Origin: a virus
Lineage: Duplodnaviria; Caudoviricetes
IMG/VR virus record: IMGVR_UViG_3300042868_013143
Location: 1 to 52,935 of that record
Reading direction: 5' to 3' (one strand)
Length of the DNA: 52,935 nt
Part shown: positions 29,382 to 39,065 of the stretch, in pieces
Layout of the letters: the number at the start of each line of letters is the position of its first letter
Position numbering within the stretch: position 1 is the first letter of the stretch
Notes under the pieces: model-generated
Told to the model about the DNA's origin: nothing
The model's database searches: none
The model's input: the letters and a program-made list of their open reading frames with translations, nothing else
Program-made: the position numbers and the translations under genes

Positions 29382-29896
29382 AAAAATTAAGACATATTAT
29401 AAGAGAGGCTATTGAGTCTGCAATGGAATCAAAAGATGTTAGGTTGGATTTTGATAAAGGGGACATAATGTTGAATGATGAAACTATTGGTTACTTTGAA
29501 TTATATAAAACTAAGAGCGGATTCTTAAAATTAGCGAAAATAGAAATACTTCCTAAATATCAAAGAATGAGATATGCAACTCAGGTTATGAATAAAATAA
29601 TAGCTCACGCAAATCAAGAAGGTGCTACAATCATTTTAACTCCAGATCCATACTTGCGCAATTTAACCAAAAACAATCTTATTGATTGGTATAAAAAATT
29701 GGGATTCATAATGAATAAGGGTAAAAATAAAGATTTCACTCACCAAGAGTTGATGCAGAAGTTTCCTGATTCATTAGATGAGAGTAATTGGCCTCAAAGT
29801 AATATGAGAAACTTTATTCCACCACAATATCCAACATTCCCAAATCCATCAGATTATGATCAGTTTGGCAACAGATTGGATGACATAAATAGATAA
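29378..29896 (+). CDS. LRHIIRE-tagged GNAT-family acetyltransferase
   Basis: IEILPKYQRMRYAT (motif A-like), LIDWYKKLGF (motif B). Confidence 0.75.
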   Translation: MKKLRHIIREAIESAMESKDVRLDFDKGDIMLNDETIGYFELYKTKSGFLKLAKIEILPKYQRMRYATQVMNKIIAHANQEGATIILTPDPYLRNLTKNNLIDWYKKLGFIMNKGKNKDFTHQELMQKFPDSLDESNWPQSNMRNFIPPQYPTFPNPSDYDQFGNRLDDINR

Positions 29897-30084
29897 AAAA
29901 ATCTATTTTTCCACCTTTTAATCCCTTATAAATAAGGAAAAAAACTAATCAACATCTTGTGGAAAAAAAGCTTTAAAAAAAGTCTTTTTTTTCTGAATAT
30001 TCGGTTCATATTCTGAAAATATATCTATTTATAAACAGAAGATAAGCGTTCTTTTTATAGTATGAAATTTAAATTTAGTCAAGT

Positions 30085-30408
30085 ATGAAAACAGCGATTA
30101 AAGTTGTTAAACCAAATGTGTTTAACTATGGTGATGATTGGAAAGATTATTTTGTGAAGATTAAAGATTTGAGAAAGGGTGACATTTTTTATGAGTGCTC
30201 TGGAAGTGGTGAAAATTATGAGTTAAGGGTTATTGAAAATCCTAAGAAGACAAAAGAAGGTTGGTTTTGTTTAGTGGAAAATACGAGCAAAGAAGTTTTT
30301 GATTTCTTTGTCTCCTCAGATACAAGTTATTTAGAGCCAAATTTATTTTGGGCTCCAATACATTTATCTCAACTAGAAAATGGTGAGTATGTGTATATGA
30401 TACAGTAA
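30085..30408 (+). CDS. Hypothetical protein
   Basis: 107-aa ORF. Confidence 0.7.
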   Translation: MKTAIKVVKPNVFNYGDDWKDYFVKIKDLRKGDIFYECSGSGENYELRVIENPKKTKEGWFCLVENTSKEVFDFFVSSDTSYLEPNLFWAPIHLSQLENGEYVYMIQ

Positions 30409-30463
30409 GTTCTGTTCAGTTAATATATAAAAGTTATCGACTATGCTATTTATTAGTGTGGTT

Positions 30464-30490
30464 GGTAACTTTTTTTTGTTTTATTCGTAT
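30464..30490 (+). promoter_or_regulatory. GGTAAC-N16-CGTA promoter variant
   Basis: Same spacing as the other six copies. Confidence 0.6.
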
Positions 30491-30533
30491 GATATATTAA
30501 ATTTGTCGGTATTAACGATATAAAACACGTCTT

Positions 30534-30704
30534 ATGAAATTTTTAATGATTACAATTTGGTTTTTGATGTCGCTGAGCCTTTGGCTTTTTGCCACTGCAA
30601 TAAAAATTGAAAACCCTCAATTTAAACATTACGAGTTCAGAGCGAAAAGTGTGTTTTATTGGATTGCGGTATTGACTTCTTTATTAATAGGAATTTCAAT
30701 TTAA
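30534..30704 (+). CDS. Small two-TM membrane protein (56 aa)
   Basis: MKFLMITIWFLMSLSLWLFA...FYWIAVLTSLLIGISI. Confidence 0.6.
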   Translation: MKFLMITIWFLMSLSLWLFATAIKIENPQFKHYEFRAKSVFYWIAVLTSLLIGISI

Positions 30705-30714
30705 AGTATATAAT

Positions 30715-31137
30715 ATGAGTTTGGATGTTTATTTAGAAAGAAAGAGGTGGATTAGTTATGATGAAGGCAAAACATATACAGAGGACAAGGAAAATCTGTA
30801 TAGTGCAAACATCACTCATAATTTAGGTGAAATGGCTAGCGAGGCTGGAATCTACGAAGCACTTTGGAGACCTCATAGATTAAAAGAAGGGTATAATATT
30901 CCTGAGAGTGACCATAATGCTGAGTGGGAGTTTGAGGATAATACAATCACAAAAGCTTCTGAAATAATACCTATAATTGAAAAAGGTTTAGAAGATCTTA
31001 AGGCAAGACCTGAATACTTCAAGAAATTTAACTCTCCAAATGGTTGGGGAATGTATGAACACTTTGTTCCATTTGTGGAAAAATACCTGGAAGCCTGCAA
31101 GGAATATCCAGAATCTATTGTCGAAGTCTCAAGGTAA
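30715..31137 (+). CDS. Conserved phage hypothetical protein
   Basis: MSLDVYL..ANITHNLGEM..FNSPNGWGMY pattern. Confidence 0.8.
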   Translation: MSLDVYLERKRWISYDEGKTYTEDKENLYSANITHNLGEMASEAGIYEALWRPHRLKEGYNIPESDHNAEWEFEDNTITKASEIIPIIEKGLEDLKARPEYFKKFNSPNGWGMYEHFVPFVEKYLEACKEYPESIVEVSR

Positions 31138-31151
31138 ATAAATTAAGGCAA

Positions 31152-31307
31152 ATGAATAGAAAGACTAAACTTTATGGTGTTGATTTATTTTATGGTATTG
31201 GATTGGGATTTGATAAAGCCTATATATCTGATTCAAGATATAAATATAAAATCTATGCAATAACCATATTATTTATTAGATTGAGTTGTTGTATTAGATA
31301 TTGTTAA
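31152..31307 (+). CDS. Small hypothetical protein (51 aa)
   Basis: Open frame filling the intergenic gap. Confidence 0.45.
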   Translation: MNRKTKLYGVDLFYGIGLGFDKAYISDSRYKYKIYAITILFIRLSCCIRYC

Positions 31308-31326
31308 AAAATGTATCTTTGTAGTT

Positions 31327-31923
31327 ATGATGATAGAAAATATAAAAATTACAGAATTTGCCAAGAGGCATTTTGATTCAAAGTTCGGAGGTACAAAGAT
31401 TTTAAATGTTACTCCTGAAGATTTTGAACACATGATAAATACTTTACATACATCAGCTCATACAGAGCATTTGTTTGAGCGTGTTATTCCAGGTTATGCT
31501 GATTTTTGTAAACTATTAGTTGTGAAAAATTTTACAAATGCAAAAACTGGTACTTTGCCTATTACGTTGGAAAATTATCAATATCTTAGAACTGGTTATT
31601 CTGCTAGAACAGAAAGTGAACTTCCTATTATGGAAAGATGGTTTGAGCTCCCCTTGCCTGCGCCAAAAGCTGAATATCTTGTTATCGTATTGTATTCAAA
31701 AGAACAACTAGAAAAGGAAGCGACTTCTGAATATGTTTTTGATGGTGATTGGGGTATTGTAGCAATCCTAGGACAAATGTCTGCAGTCGAAGAACCGATG
31801 AAGCCGATAACAATGATGCGAAATGCTCTTGGAATAGAAGAGGGTGGATCTGGAGTTCCAATTGATAAAGAGGCATATAAAAAGTCAGTTGATTTTTGGA
31901 GTTTAAACGCAACTGTAAAATAA
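31327..31923 (+). CDS. DUF3228-like protein
   Basis: GYADFCK, Y.ARTE.ELP, PMKPITMMRNALGIEEGGSGV. Confidence 0.8.
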   Translation: MMIENIKITEFAKRHFDSKFGGTKILNVTPEDFEHMINTLHTSAHTEHLFERVIPGYADFCKLLVVKNFTNAKTGTLPITLENYQYLRTGYSARTESELPIMERWFELPLPAPKAEYLVIVLYSKEQLEKEATSEYVFDGDWGIVAILGQMSAVEEPMKPITMMRNALGIEEGGSGVPIDKEAYKKSVDFWSLNATVK

Positions 31924-31927
31924 TTAT

Positions 31928-31955
31928 TGTAACCTTTTATGTTTATGCTCGTATA
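31928..31955 (+). promoter_or_regulatory. TGTAAC-N16-CGTA promoter
   Basis: TGTAAC 31928, CGTATA 31950. Confidence 0.72.
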
Positions 31956-31982
31956 TTAGGGCATAAGCATAAAACAAGTTAT

Positions 31983-32435
31983 ATGAAAAAATTAATTCTT
32001 ATTATTTCAACTTCTTTGTTTTTGTTCTCTTGTGGACAAAAAGAAGTTAAGAGTGTTAGCGAGCCTACCGCTGAAGTTCCTAAAGAAGTAATTGTAGACC
32101 CTTCAATGTCAAACCCTGAATTGTTTTTAGGTAGTGGTGTTGGTCCTGCATTTGTGTCTTTCATTAAAACACAAAACTTTGATTTAGCAATTCAATTCAC
32201 TTCCAAAGAGTCAGTTGACAAGTTTGGTCGTGAAGTGATTTTGGAAAAATATAAAAGTCTAAAGACAAATTATACTTTGAAAAAAGTGTCCACTTCCACC
32301 AATGTCGGAGAAACCACACTAAGATATACAACAAACGAGTTTGCTACTAGCAAGTTTAAAGATTTTGTTGTCGTTGTAGAGAATGATTCATGCAAGATTT
32401 TGTTACCTAATAACTTGGATGATTTCTTAAAATAA
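31983..32435 (+). CDS. Lipoprotein
   Basis: Signal peptide II MKKLILIISTSLFLFSC; start reassigned to ATG 31983. Confidence 0.8.
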   Translation: MKKLILIISTSLFLFSCGQKEVKSVSEPTAEVPKEVIVDPSMSNPELFLGSGVGPAFVSFIKTQNFDLAIQFTSKESVDKFGREVILEKYKSLKTNYTLKKVSTSTNVGETTLRYTTNEFATSKFKDFVVVVENDSCKILLPNNLDDFLK

Positions 32436-32455
32436 TACAAATATTTTTTTTGTAT

Positions 32456-32481
32456 TGTAACTTTTTGTAATTTTGGTCGTA
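32456..32481 (+). promoter_or_regulatory. TGTAAC-N16-CGTA promoter
   Basis: TGTAAC 32456, CGTA 32478. Confidence 0.72.
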
Positions 32482-32501
32482 GAATATAAAAAAACAAGTA
32501 A

Positions 32502-33194
32502 ATGAGTTGGAAAGATTTATTCATTATAAGTAATGAAGAAGAAGCAAAAAAGGAGACGACTGCTCCCGCTACTAGCGAGCCAGTTAAATTTCCTAGTGCA
32601 ACTGACAGTGTGACAATAGCACCTGCAGGTTTTGGATCGCCAAGTGTGGGTGTTCCTTTAGAAAGTAACCCTGCTTGTCAGCCACATATGGAGAAAATAC
32701 TACAAATGTATGAAGCTGGATTTGATGGGCTGAATATGGAGGGGTATGATTTCTTCGAATTCTATAAGGCAATTCTGTCTGCTGGAGCTGATAATCCTGC
32801 GGTTTATCCTATGGCGTTTACAATGGCTCAATCGATGGATAAGAAGATTACAAAAGATTCATTGGTAACTCAATCAGAATTTTATGTTAAAGAAATTTCT
32901 AAAGTTCATACTAAATATGTAAGCGGAGGAAATGACAAGAAGAATGAGTTGTTGTCTAGGAAAGAAAACGAAAGAGAACAATTGGGCACAGAAGTTCAAA
33001 ATTTAAAAATGCAAATTGAGGCATTGACGAATCAATTGAACAATGCGCAAACTAATTTAGTTCAAATAGATAATAAGTATGCCAATGACTTGATGGAAGT
33101 TGAATGCAAGTTAATGGCTAATGATGTTGCTAAGAATAATTTATTAGCTTCAATTGATAAAGTAAAACAAGGTTTAATTAATAACGTTAAGTAA
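32502..33194 (+). CDS. Coiled-coil hypothetical protein (envelope module)
   Basis: GYDFFEFYKA motif and C-terminal heptads. Confidence 0.8.
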   Translation: MSWKDLFIISNEEEAKKETTAPATSEPVKFPSATDSVTIAPAGFGSPSVGVPLESNPACQPHMEKILQMYEAGFDGLNMEGYDFFEFYKAILSAGADNPAVYPMAFTMAQSMDKKITKDSLVTQSEFYVKEISKVHTKYVSGGNDKKNELLSRKENEREQLGTEVQNLKMQIEALTNQLNNAQTNLVQIDNKYANDLMEVECKLMANDVAKNNLLASIDKVKQGLINNVK

Positions 33195-33202
33195 AAAGTA
33201 AA

Positions 33203-34306
33203 ATGGAGACACAGAGCACATACATGAATCTTCCTATTATGAAACACTTCTCTGAAGGTGAGATTTCTAATAAGGTTGATAAATTTAGAAAAGGCGAGAA
33301 AGGTTTATTTTGGTTCCTGAAGTTGGGCGCATTAATTGGTTTGGGGTATTTAACATGGGTGTATGTATTGCCGCCATTGTTTCTTGCTATTGGTCAATTT
33401 TTAGCGGTAGCTGCAACTGGAGTATTATTGGTTGGTTTGATTATCGCAATGCCCGTTATTCTAAAAGGAATTAGAGTTCTTACACGAAACTTGCACAAGG
33501 CAATCATTAAACATGACCCTTTCGCTGAGTTGGAAAATCAAAAACAATTGATGGTTGCGAATCAACAAAAGTTCAGATTGGCTAAGGGTAAAATTGCAAA
33601 TCTTAGACAAGATATGGAAGTTGAAGCCGCTCAATCAGAAAAGGATGCTAAAGAAATGCAAAACCGCATCATATCATTACAAACTAAGGCGCAAAAACTA
33701 AAAGCAAATTTAGACGATATGGTTGCTAAGGGTGGCGCTGCAGCTAGAGGTTCTGATGAGTATGTAAATGGTAATGCTGAGCTTATGAAGTTGCTTTCTG
33801 AAGCACAGCGTGTAGGACACCAAATGGAGCAATCTAAAGACTTCGTTACAAAGTACGGAACAAGAGCCAATATTATGAAGAAATTCGGACAAAAATTGGT
33901 GATGGTTGAAACAAGTATGGACATTAAAGTATTGGACTTCGATGCTACAATTGAAATCTTGAAGAAAGATTACGCATTTGCTCAGAAATCTAAAGAAGCA
34001 ACTGAAAGCGCAAAATCAGCAATGTTGTTTACTAAGAGCTGGGAACTTGATTACGCATTGGATGTTGTAACAAGTACAATTGCTGAAGATATCGCAGTTA
34101 CGGCTGGTAACTTGAATGATATCGACACATTGACAAGCAAATACTCATTGGATAGTGATGAATTGTACACTAACCTTGATGCGTTGGCAAATCAAATCAA
34201 AATTGGCGCTGAAGCTGTACCATCAGCTAAGGCATACAATAACCCTGAATACCAACTTACTAGTGATGATAAACTAAAAAGTGGTGGATTTGGGGATCTA
34301 TTTTAA
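33203..34306 (+). CDS. Two-TM protein with a long PspA-like coiled coil
   Basis: Hydrophobic hairpin followed by ~250 aa of helical heptads. Confidence 0.75.
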   Translation: METQSTYMNLPIMKHFSEGEISNKVDKFRKGEKGLFWFLKLGALIGLGYLTWVYVLPPLFLAIGQFLAVAATGVLLVGLIIAMPVILKGIRVLTRNLHKAIIKHDPFAELENQKQLMVANQQKFRLAKGKIANLRQDMEVEAAQSEKDAKEMQNRIISLQTKAQKLKANLDDMVAKGGAAARGSDEYVNGNAELMKLLSEAQRVGHQMEQSKDFVTKYGTRANIMKKFGQKLVMVETSMDIKVLDFDATIEILKKDYAFAQKSKEATESAKSAMLFTKSWELDYALDVVTSTIAEDIAVTAGNLNDIDTLTSKYSLDSDELYTNLDALANQIKIGAEAVPSAKAYNNPEYQLTSDDKLKSGGFGDLF

Positions 34307-34356
34307 TAACAAATAAATAAGTGTAATTAGATTTAAATTAATTAAAAAAGAAAAAA

Positions 34357-36171
34357 ATGGGAAAAATTTTAAGAACAAAAAATTTAACAACAGGTTTTGA
34401 AGCGATTATTGTTGTTTTAGGATTGGCAGTTATTTTGACTGGTGTATATTACCTAGCTCCTGGACTTCGAGTTGATGAGTCCAAGCAGTTGGATGGAATG
34501 GAGTTGAGCGATGATAATATCGACAACAACACAAAGAGTGCATTGATTGAGTTGCCTTCGACTGAATTGTCTAGCGTGGCTTCTGAAAGACCGCTTGTAA
34601 GAGTTGCTGGATATGCTTGGAATAGCCAATCTGGTATTATCGTTGCAAATGGAGGACCTAAGACTACAGAGGGCTCAATTATGGAAAAGAATGGTCTTAA
34701 TGTTGAGATTATTCGTCAGGATTGGGTTTCTGAGTTGAGAAATATGCAAATGAAGTTTATTGAGGAATTTGATCGTGGTGTTGAATATCCTAAGTCTAAC
34801 AAAAGTGCATATGCTGTAATGATTATGGGTGATGGTGCTCCGTTCTATATTTCAACTATGCAAGCTGCATTGGATGAGAAATTTGGTGAGGGTAAATATC
34901 ACGTAGAAGTACAAGGGTGTTTCGGTATGTCAAATGGAGAAGATAAACTGATTGGCCCTAAAGAGTGGAAAACAAATCCCCAAACAATGAAAGGGGCTCT
35001 TATTTCTGCGGTTCTTGGTGATGGTGATTGGGTTGTAGCATTAAACTACGCATCAGCTAATGGTTTGAAAGTAAATCCTGATGTAACTACCTATGATCCT
35101 GAGGCTGTAAACTTCTACCCTTCTGAAGATGATGATTATATAAACTCTGCAAAAGAATTGATTAAATCTCAAAACAGCGGATTTACAGTTGAACTGAAAG
35201 AGATTAAGGATGGTAAATTAACAGGTAAGACTATTAAGAAGAAAATTGATGGTTGTGCAACTTGGACTCCTGGAGATAAAATGGTATTCGATGCTGTAAC
35301 TGGCGTGACTGATATCGTATCTACTAGAGAGTTTAAAAACCAAATGCCTACAACATTCATTGGTGTTAAAGAGTGGGCAAGCAAACACCCTAAGACAGTT
35401 TCTAATATCTTGAAGTCAGCGTTGACTGCATCAAACCAAATGAAGCAATATGATTCTTGGAGAGTGCGTGCTTCTGAAGCTGTATCTGAAACGTTCAATC
35501 TTGAAACTCCTAAATATTGGTATAATATGTTCAAAGGAGAAAAGATTACTAAGAATGGTATGACTTACAATGTAGGTGGTTCTAAAGTTCTTAACTATGC
35601 AGACGTTATGCAGTACTACGGAATTACTGATGGAGTTGATAGATATAAAGCAGTTTACAACCAAGTGTCTACTTATCTTACAGAGTTGAACCCATTTGGA
35701 TTTAATGAGTCAGTAAAAGGTGTTGTTCCTTATAGCGAAGCAGTGAACTTGTACTACTTGAAAAATATTGAAGATATTGAAGTGGGTACTGCAGAACACT
35801 CGGACTATACGGAAACTAAAACTAAGGTAATGGCATCAGGAAACTGGTCAATTAACTTCTCAACTGGTAGTGCAACTATTGAGTCTGTTTCTTATAAGGA
35901 TCTTGAGAAAATCTACAACTTGTTAATTCAAGCGGAGGATGCTAAATTGAGAATTGTTGGTCACACAGATAACGTAGGTAATCCTGCAAGCAACAAGACT
36001 TTGTCTAGAAGTAGAGCAAATTCAGTTGTTGAATACCTTGAAAGTCGTGGAATCCCTTCATCTCGTATTCAAGAAATTGATGGTAAAGGTGATGCTCAGC
36101 CAGTGGCTTCAAATGCAACAGCTGCAGGTAAGGCTAAAAACCGAAGAGTAGAAGTTACATTGCTACAATAA
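34357..36171 (+). CDS. Membrane-anchored ABC substrate-binding-like domain fused to an OmpA C-terminal peptidoglycan-binding domain
   Basis: N-terminal TM; C-terminal IVGHTDNVG..N..LS..RA..V, NRRVEV. Confidence 0.85.
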   Translation: MGKILRTKNLTTGFEAIIVVLGLAVILTGVYYLAPGLRVDESKQLDGMELSDDNIDNNTKSALIELPSTELSSVASERPLVRVAGYAWNSQSGIIVANGGPKTTEGSIMEKNGLNVEIIRQDWVSELRNMQMKFIEEFDRGVEYPKSNKSAYAVMIMGDGAPFYISTMQAALDEKFGEGKYHVEVQGCFGMSNGEDKLIGPKEWKTNPQTMKGALISAVLGDGDWVVALNYASANGLKVNPDVTTYDPEAVNFYPSEDDDYINSAKELIKSQNSGFTVELKEIKDGKLTGKTIKKKIDGCATWTPGDKMVFDAVTGVTDIVSTREFKNQMPTTFIGVKEWASKHPKTVSNILKSALTASNQMKQYDSWRVRASEAVSETFNLETPKYWYNMFKGEKITKNGMTYNVGGSKVLNYADVMQYYGITDGVDRYKAVYNQVSTYLTELNPFGFNESVKGVVPYSEAVNLYYLKNIEDIEVGTAEHSDYTETKTKVMASGNWSINFSTGSATIESVSYKDLEKIYNLLIQAEDAKLRIVGHTDNVGNPASNKTLSRSRANSVVEYLESRGIPSSRIQEIDGKGDAQPVASNATAAGKAKNRRVEVTLLQ

Positions 36172-36190
36172 CAAACATAAAACCATACGA

Positions 36191-36221
36191 AAGGAGAGTG
36201 AGTTTTTGCTCTCCTTTTTTT
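36191..36221 (+). terminator. Intrinsic terminator
   Basis: AAGGAGAG...CTCTCCTT plus T run. Confidence 0.75.
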
Positions 36222-36230
36222 GTGTAATAT

Positions 36231-36258
36231 TGTAACATTTTTTTATTGCATTCGTATA
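36231..36258 (+). promoter_or_regulatory. TGTAAC-N16-CGTA promoter
   Basis: TGTAAC 36231, CGTATA 36253. Confidence 0.75.
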
Positions 36259-36274
36259 AAAAAGAAAAACATTT

Positions 36275-37672
36275 ATGGAGATAAAGCAAATTCTAGATGA
36301 GATTTCGAGTGAACCTGGAAAGAATCAGAAAATGGTTATTCTAGGTAAGTATGCAGACAACGAACTATTGAAGCGTGTGTTGTATATGGCAAACTCTAGT
36401 CGAGTGAAGTTCTATATCAAGCAAATTCCTGAGTATACTCGTAAAAATGAGCAAACAAATACGTTGGACTTTGTTATCAACGAACTAGGTCATATCTCAA
36501 GAAGAGAGGTGACTGGAAATGATGCGTTGCGTTTCTTAAGCGATTTGTTGTCCACATTGAGTCCAAATGATGCTTATGTGATTGAGCGCATTATCGAAAA
36601 GGATCTTAAAATTGGAATGGATTCTAGCATTAATAAAGTTTTCAAAAACCTTATTGAAGAAACTCCTTATATGGGTGCAGTTTCTTTTGATGAGAAGAAA
36701 GCTAGAAAGTTGTTTGATAAGGGTGCTAAGGCATATTCGCAAGTTAAGATGGATGGTCGCTATTGCAATGCCACAATTAACGATGGGGAAGTATATCTAG
36801 AAAGTCGTCAGGGCGAACCAACAATTGTTACTGGTGCAAAATTTTTAGAGGAATTAGCTTTGTTGGACAATATGGTTCTGAATGGTGAACTGACAATGGA
36901 TGGAGTTCCACGTTATGAGTCGAACGGAATTATTGCCTCAATTATTGACATTTGCGGAAAGCGTGATGCAAGAACTGAACAGGAAAACTCCAAGAAACTT
37001 TCTACATTCGAAGAGAAGCACGGAAGTTTCGAAGATGCATTGGCTAAAATTCGTTATACGGTTTGGGATGTGATTACCATTGATGAGTATAACGCAGCTA
37101 GTTCAAAAACTCCATACAATATAAGGTTAAAAAACCTATCATGGTTTATATTTGGTGGCGAACATACTTTAAGTATGGTCTCAATCATTCAAAATAGAGA
37201 GGTGAATACATTCGAAGAAGCAATGAACCACTTTAAAGAAATGCTTGGCAGAAATGAAGAAGGTACAATTCTTAAAGCTCAAAATGGTGAGTGGAAAGAT
37301 GGCAAGCCGACTTGGCAAATCAAACTGAAGTTGGAATTGACTTTGGATTTGGTAATCACTGGATTTAATTATGGTACGAAAGGTACAAAGAACGAGCACG
37401 TTGTAAGCTCTTTGAATGCTGAGACATCTTGTGGTTTACTCAAAACTCGTCCTCAAGGACTAAAAGAAGACTTGATGAAAGAAATTACCGAGAATCAAGA
37501 GAGTTTGTTGGGCACAATTATCGAAGTTAAATGCTCAGGTCTTTCCTTTGACAATACGGGTGCATATTCACTTTTATACCCAGCATTCAAACACTTCAGA
37601 GACGATAAGGGCACAGCCAATTCATTAGATGAGTGTATAGAAATTCAAAACGCAGCTTTAGGGCTATCTTAA
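36275..37672 (+). CDS. ATP-dependent DNA ligase (T4 gp30-like)
   Basis: KMDGRY motif I, LNGEL, EEGTILK, IKLK, C-terminal PAF..FRDDK. Confidence 0.92.
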   Translation: MEIKQILDEISSEPGKNQKMVILGKYADNELLKRVLYMANSSRVKFYIKQIPEYTRKNEQTNTLDFVINELGHISRREVTGNDALRFLSDLLSTLSPNDAYVIERIIEKDLKIGMDSSINKVFKNLIEETPYMGAVSFDEKKARKLFDKGAKAYSQVKMDGRYCNATINDGEVYLESRQGEPTIVTGAKFLEELALLDNMVLNGELTMDGVPRYESNGIIASIIDICGKRDARTEQENSKKLSTFEEKHGSFEDALAKIRYTVWDVITIDEYNAASSKTPYNIRLKNLSWFIFGGEHTLSMVSIIQNREVNTFEEAMNHFKEMLGRNEEGTILKAQNGEWKDGKPTWQIKLKLELTLDLVITGFNYGTKGTKNEHVVSSLNAETSCGLLKTRPQGLKEDLMKEITENQESLLGTIIEVKCSGLSFDNTGAYSLLYPAFKHFRDDKGTANSLDECIEIQNAALGLS

Positions 37673-37687
37673 TTTAAAACAATAAAA

Positions 37688-38137
37688 ATGAAAAATTTAA
37701 TTTTAGTATTATTCGTTGCGATGAGTGCAACATTGTTTGGTCAAAACAAAATCAATTATTATACTTCTGCAGGATTATCAATTTCAAACTCAGGAGATAC
37801 AACGTTTTCATATTCTTCTTATCCATCTATTGAGTTTGGTGGAATGTATGACAACATTGGAGTTGGGTTGGTGTTAGGAAGAAGTAATCTTTCTGGGTTT
37901 AGGTCTGATGTGATTAGTAATTATTGGTATGAAATAAAGACTTCCGCTTGTAAAACAGTAGGATCAGCAAGTGTTTACGGGTTGTTTGGAATTGGAAACT
38001 ACTTGTCAACAAAAAGAGTTTTTATCGAATATGGTGCAGGTATTTCTTACACATATAAATCAGTTAGTTTTTTTACACAAGCAAGTAATTGGGATGGGTA
38101 TTGGTATGTAACTCCTGGTATTACTTATAATTTTTAA
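37688..38137 (+). CDS. Secreted small outer-membrane beta-barrel-like protein
   Basis: Signal peptide, alternating aromatic strands, C-terminal GITYNF. Confidence 0.65.
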   Translation: MKNLILVLFVAMSATLFGQNKINYYTSAGLSISNSGDTTFSYSSYPSIEFGGMYDNIGVGLVLGRSNLSGFRSDVISNYWYEIKTSACKTVGSASVYGLFGIGNYLSTKRVFIEYGAGISYTYKSVSFFTQASNWDGYWYVTPGITYNF

Positions 38138-38142
38138 CCTAT

Positions 38143-38910
38143 ATGAATATTTTTAAACCTTTCGAAAGTGTTAATGGCAAAGCCAAGACACTGATTTTAT
38201 CAGGATGGCTATTGTTCGTAACTGCTATGTGGATTATGTTTTCATTCAGTGAAACACATATGTTCCCAACTCCTAGTCAGGTATTTGGCGGAATGGCCGA
38301 ACTATACAAAGAGGGTCTGATAGTGCATATATTTAGCTCTCTTGCTTTGTGTGCTAAATCTGTACTTATTGCAATCGTTATCTCACTATCATTTTCATAC
38401 TTATCTACTCTACCTATTATATCTCCGATATCAAATGTTTTGAGCAAATTTAGATATTTGCCTCTCACTGGTATTTCTTTCTATATTGCAATTTTATTGA
38501 GTGATGGTAGAGCAATTCAGGTGTGGGTTCTTGTAACCTTTATGACAACGTATCTAACAACTTCGTTACTTGCAATGCTTAAGGATATTCCCCAAGAAGA
38601 GTTTGACCACGCTAGAGCGCTTGGTTGTAATAGATGGGAAATACTTTGGGAAGTCGTTATTAAGGGTAGGCTCGATTATGTAATAGAGGTAATCAGGCAG
38701 AATCTTGCTATTGTATGGATGATGCTTGTAACTGTAGAATCAATCTTAGCTGCAGCGGGAGGATTGGGATTTCTAATCAAAAACTCAGACAAGATGATGA
38801 ACCACGGAAGAATCATTGCGTTACAATTAGTAATTTTACTTGTTGGATTATTTATGGACTTTGCTCTTACGTTCCTTAGAAAGAGACTATTTAGATACTC
38901 AAAGATTTAA
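38143..38910 (+). CDS. NitT/TauT-type ABC transporter permease
   Basis: FPTP, EAA-like FDHARALG, LVTVES...GGLGF. Confidence 0.88.
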   Translation: MNIFKPFESVNGKAKTLILSGWLLFVTAMWIMFSFSETHMFPTPSQVFGGMAELYKEGLIVHIFSSLALCAKSVLIAIVISLSFSYLSTLPIISPISNVLSKFRYLPLTGISFYIAILLSDGRAIQVWVLVTFMTTYLTTSLLAMLKDIPQEEFDHARALGCNRWEILWEVVIKGRLDYVIEVIRQNLAIVWMMLVTVESILAAAGGLGFLIKNSDKMMNHGRIIALQLVILLVGLFMDFALTFLRKRLFRYSKI

Positions 38911-38912
38911 TT

Positions 38913-39065
38913 ATGGTTAATTATATTTTAGGTTTATTAAAGGGGATGATAATTGGAATTTGTATCGTAAGTTTAGATTCAGATTATTGGGGTTATCCTT
39001 TGGTTGTAGGCACACTTACATTAATTGGTGTTGTAATTGAAATTAAAAAATTATATAGGAAATGA
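38913..39065 (+). CDS. Small two-TM membrane protein (50 aa)
   Basis: Hydrophobic ORF with ATGA overlap into the ABC ATPase. Confidence 0.6.
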   Translation: MVNYILGLLKGMIIGICIVSLDSDYWGYPLVVGTLTLIGVVIEIKKLYRK

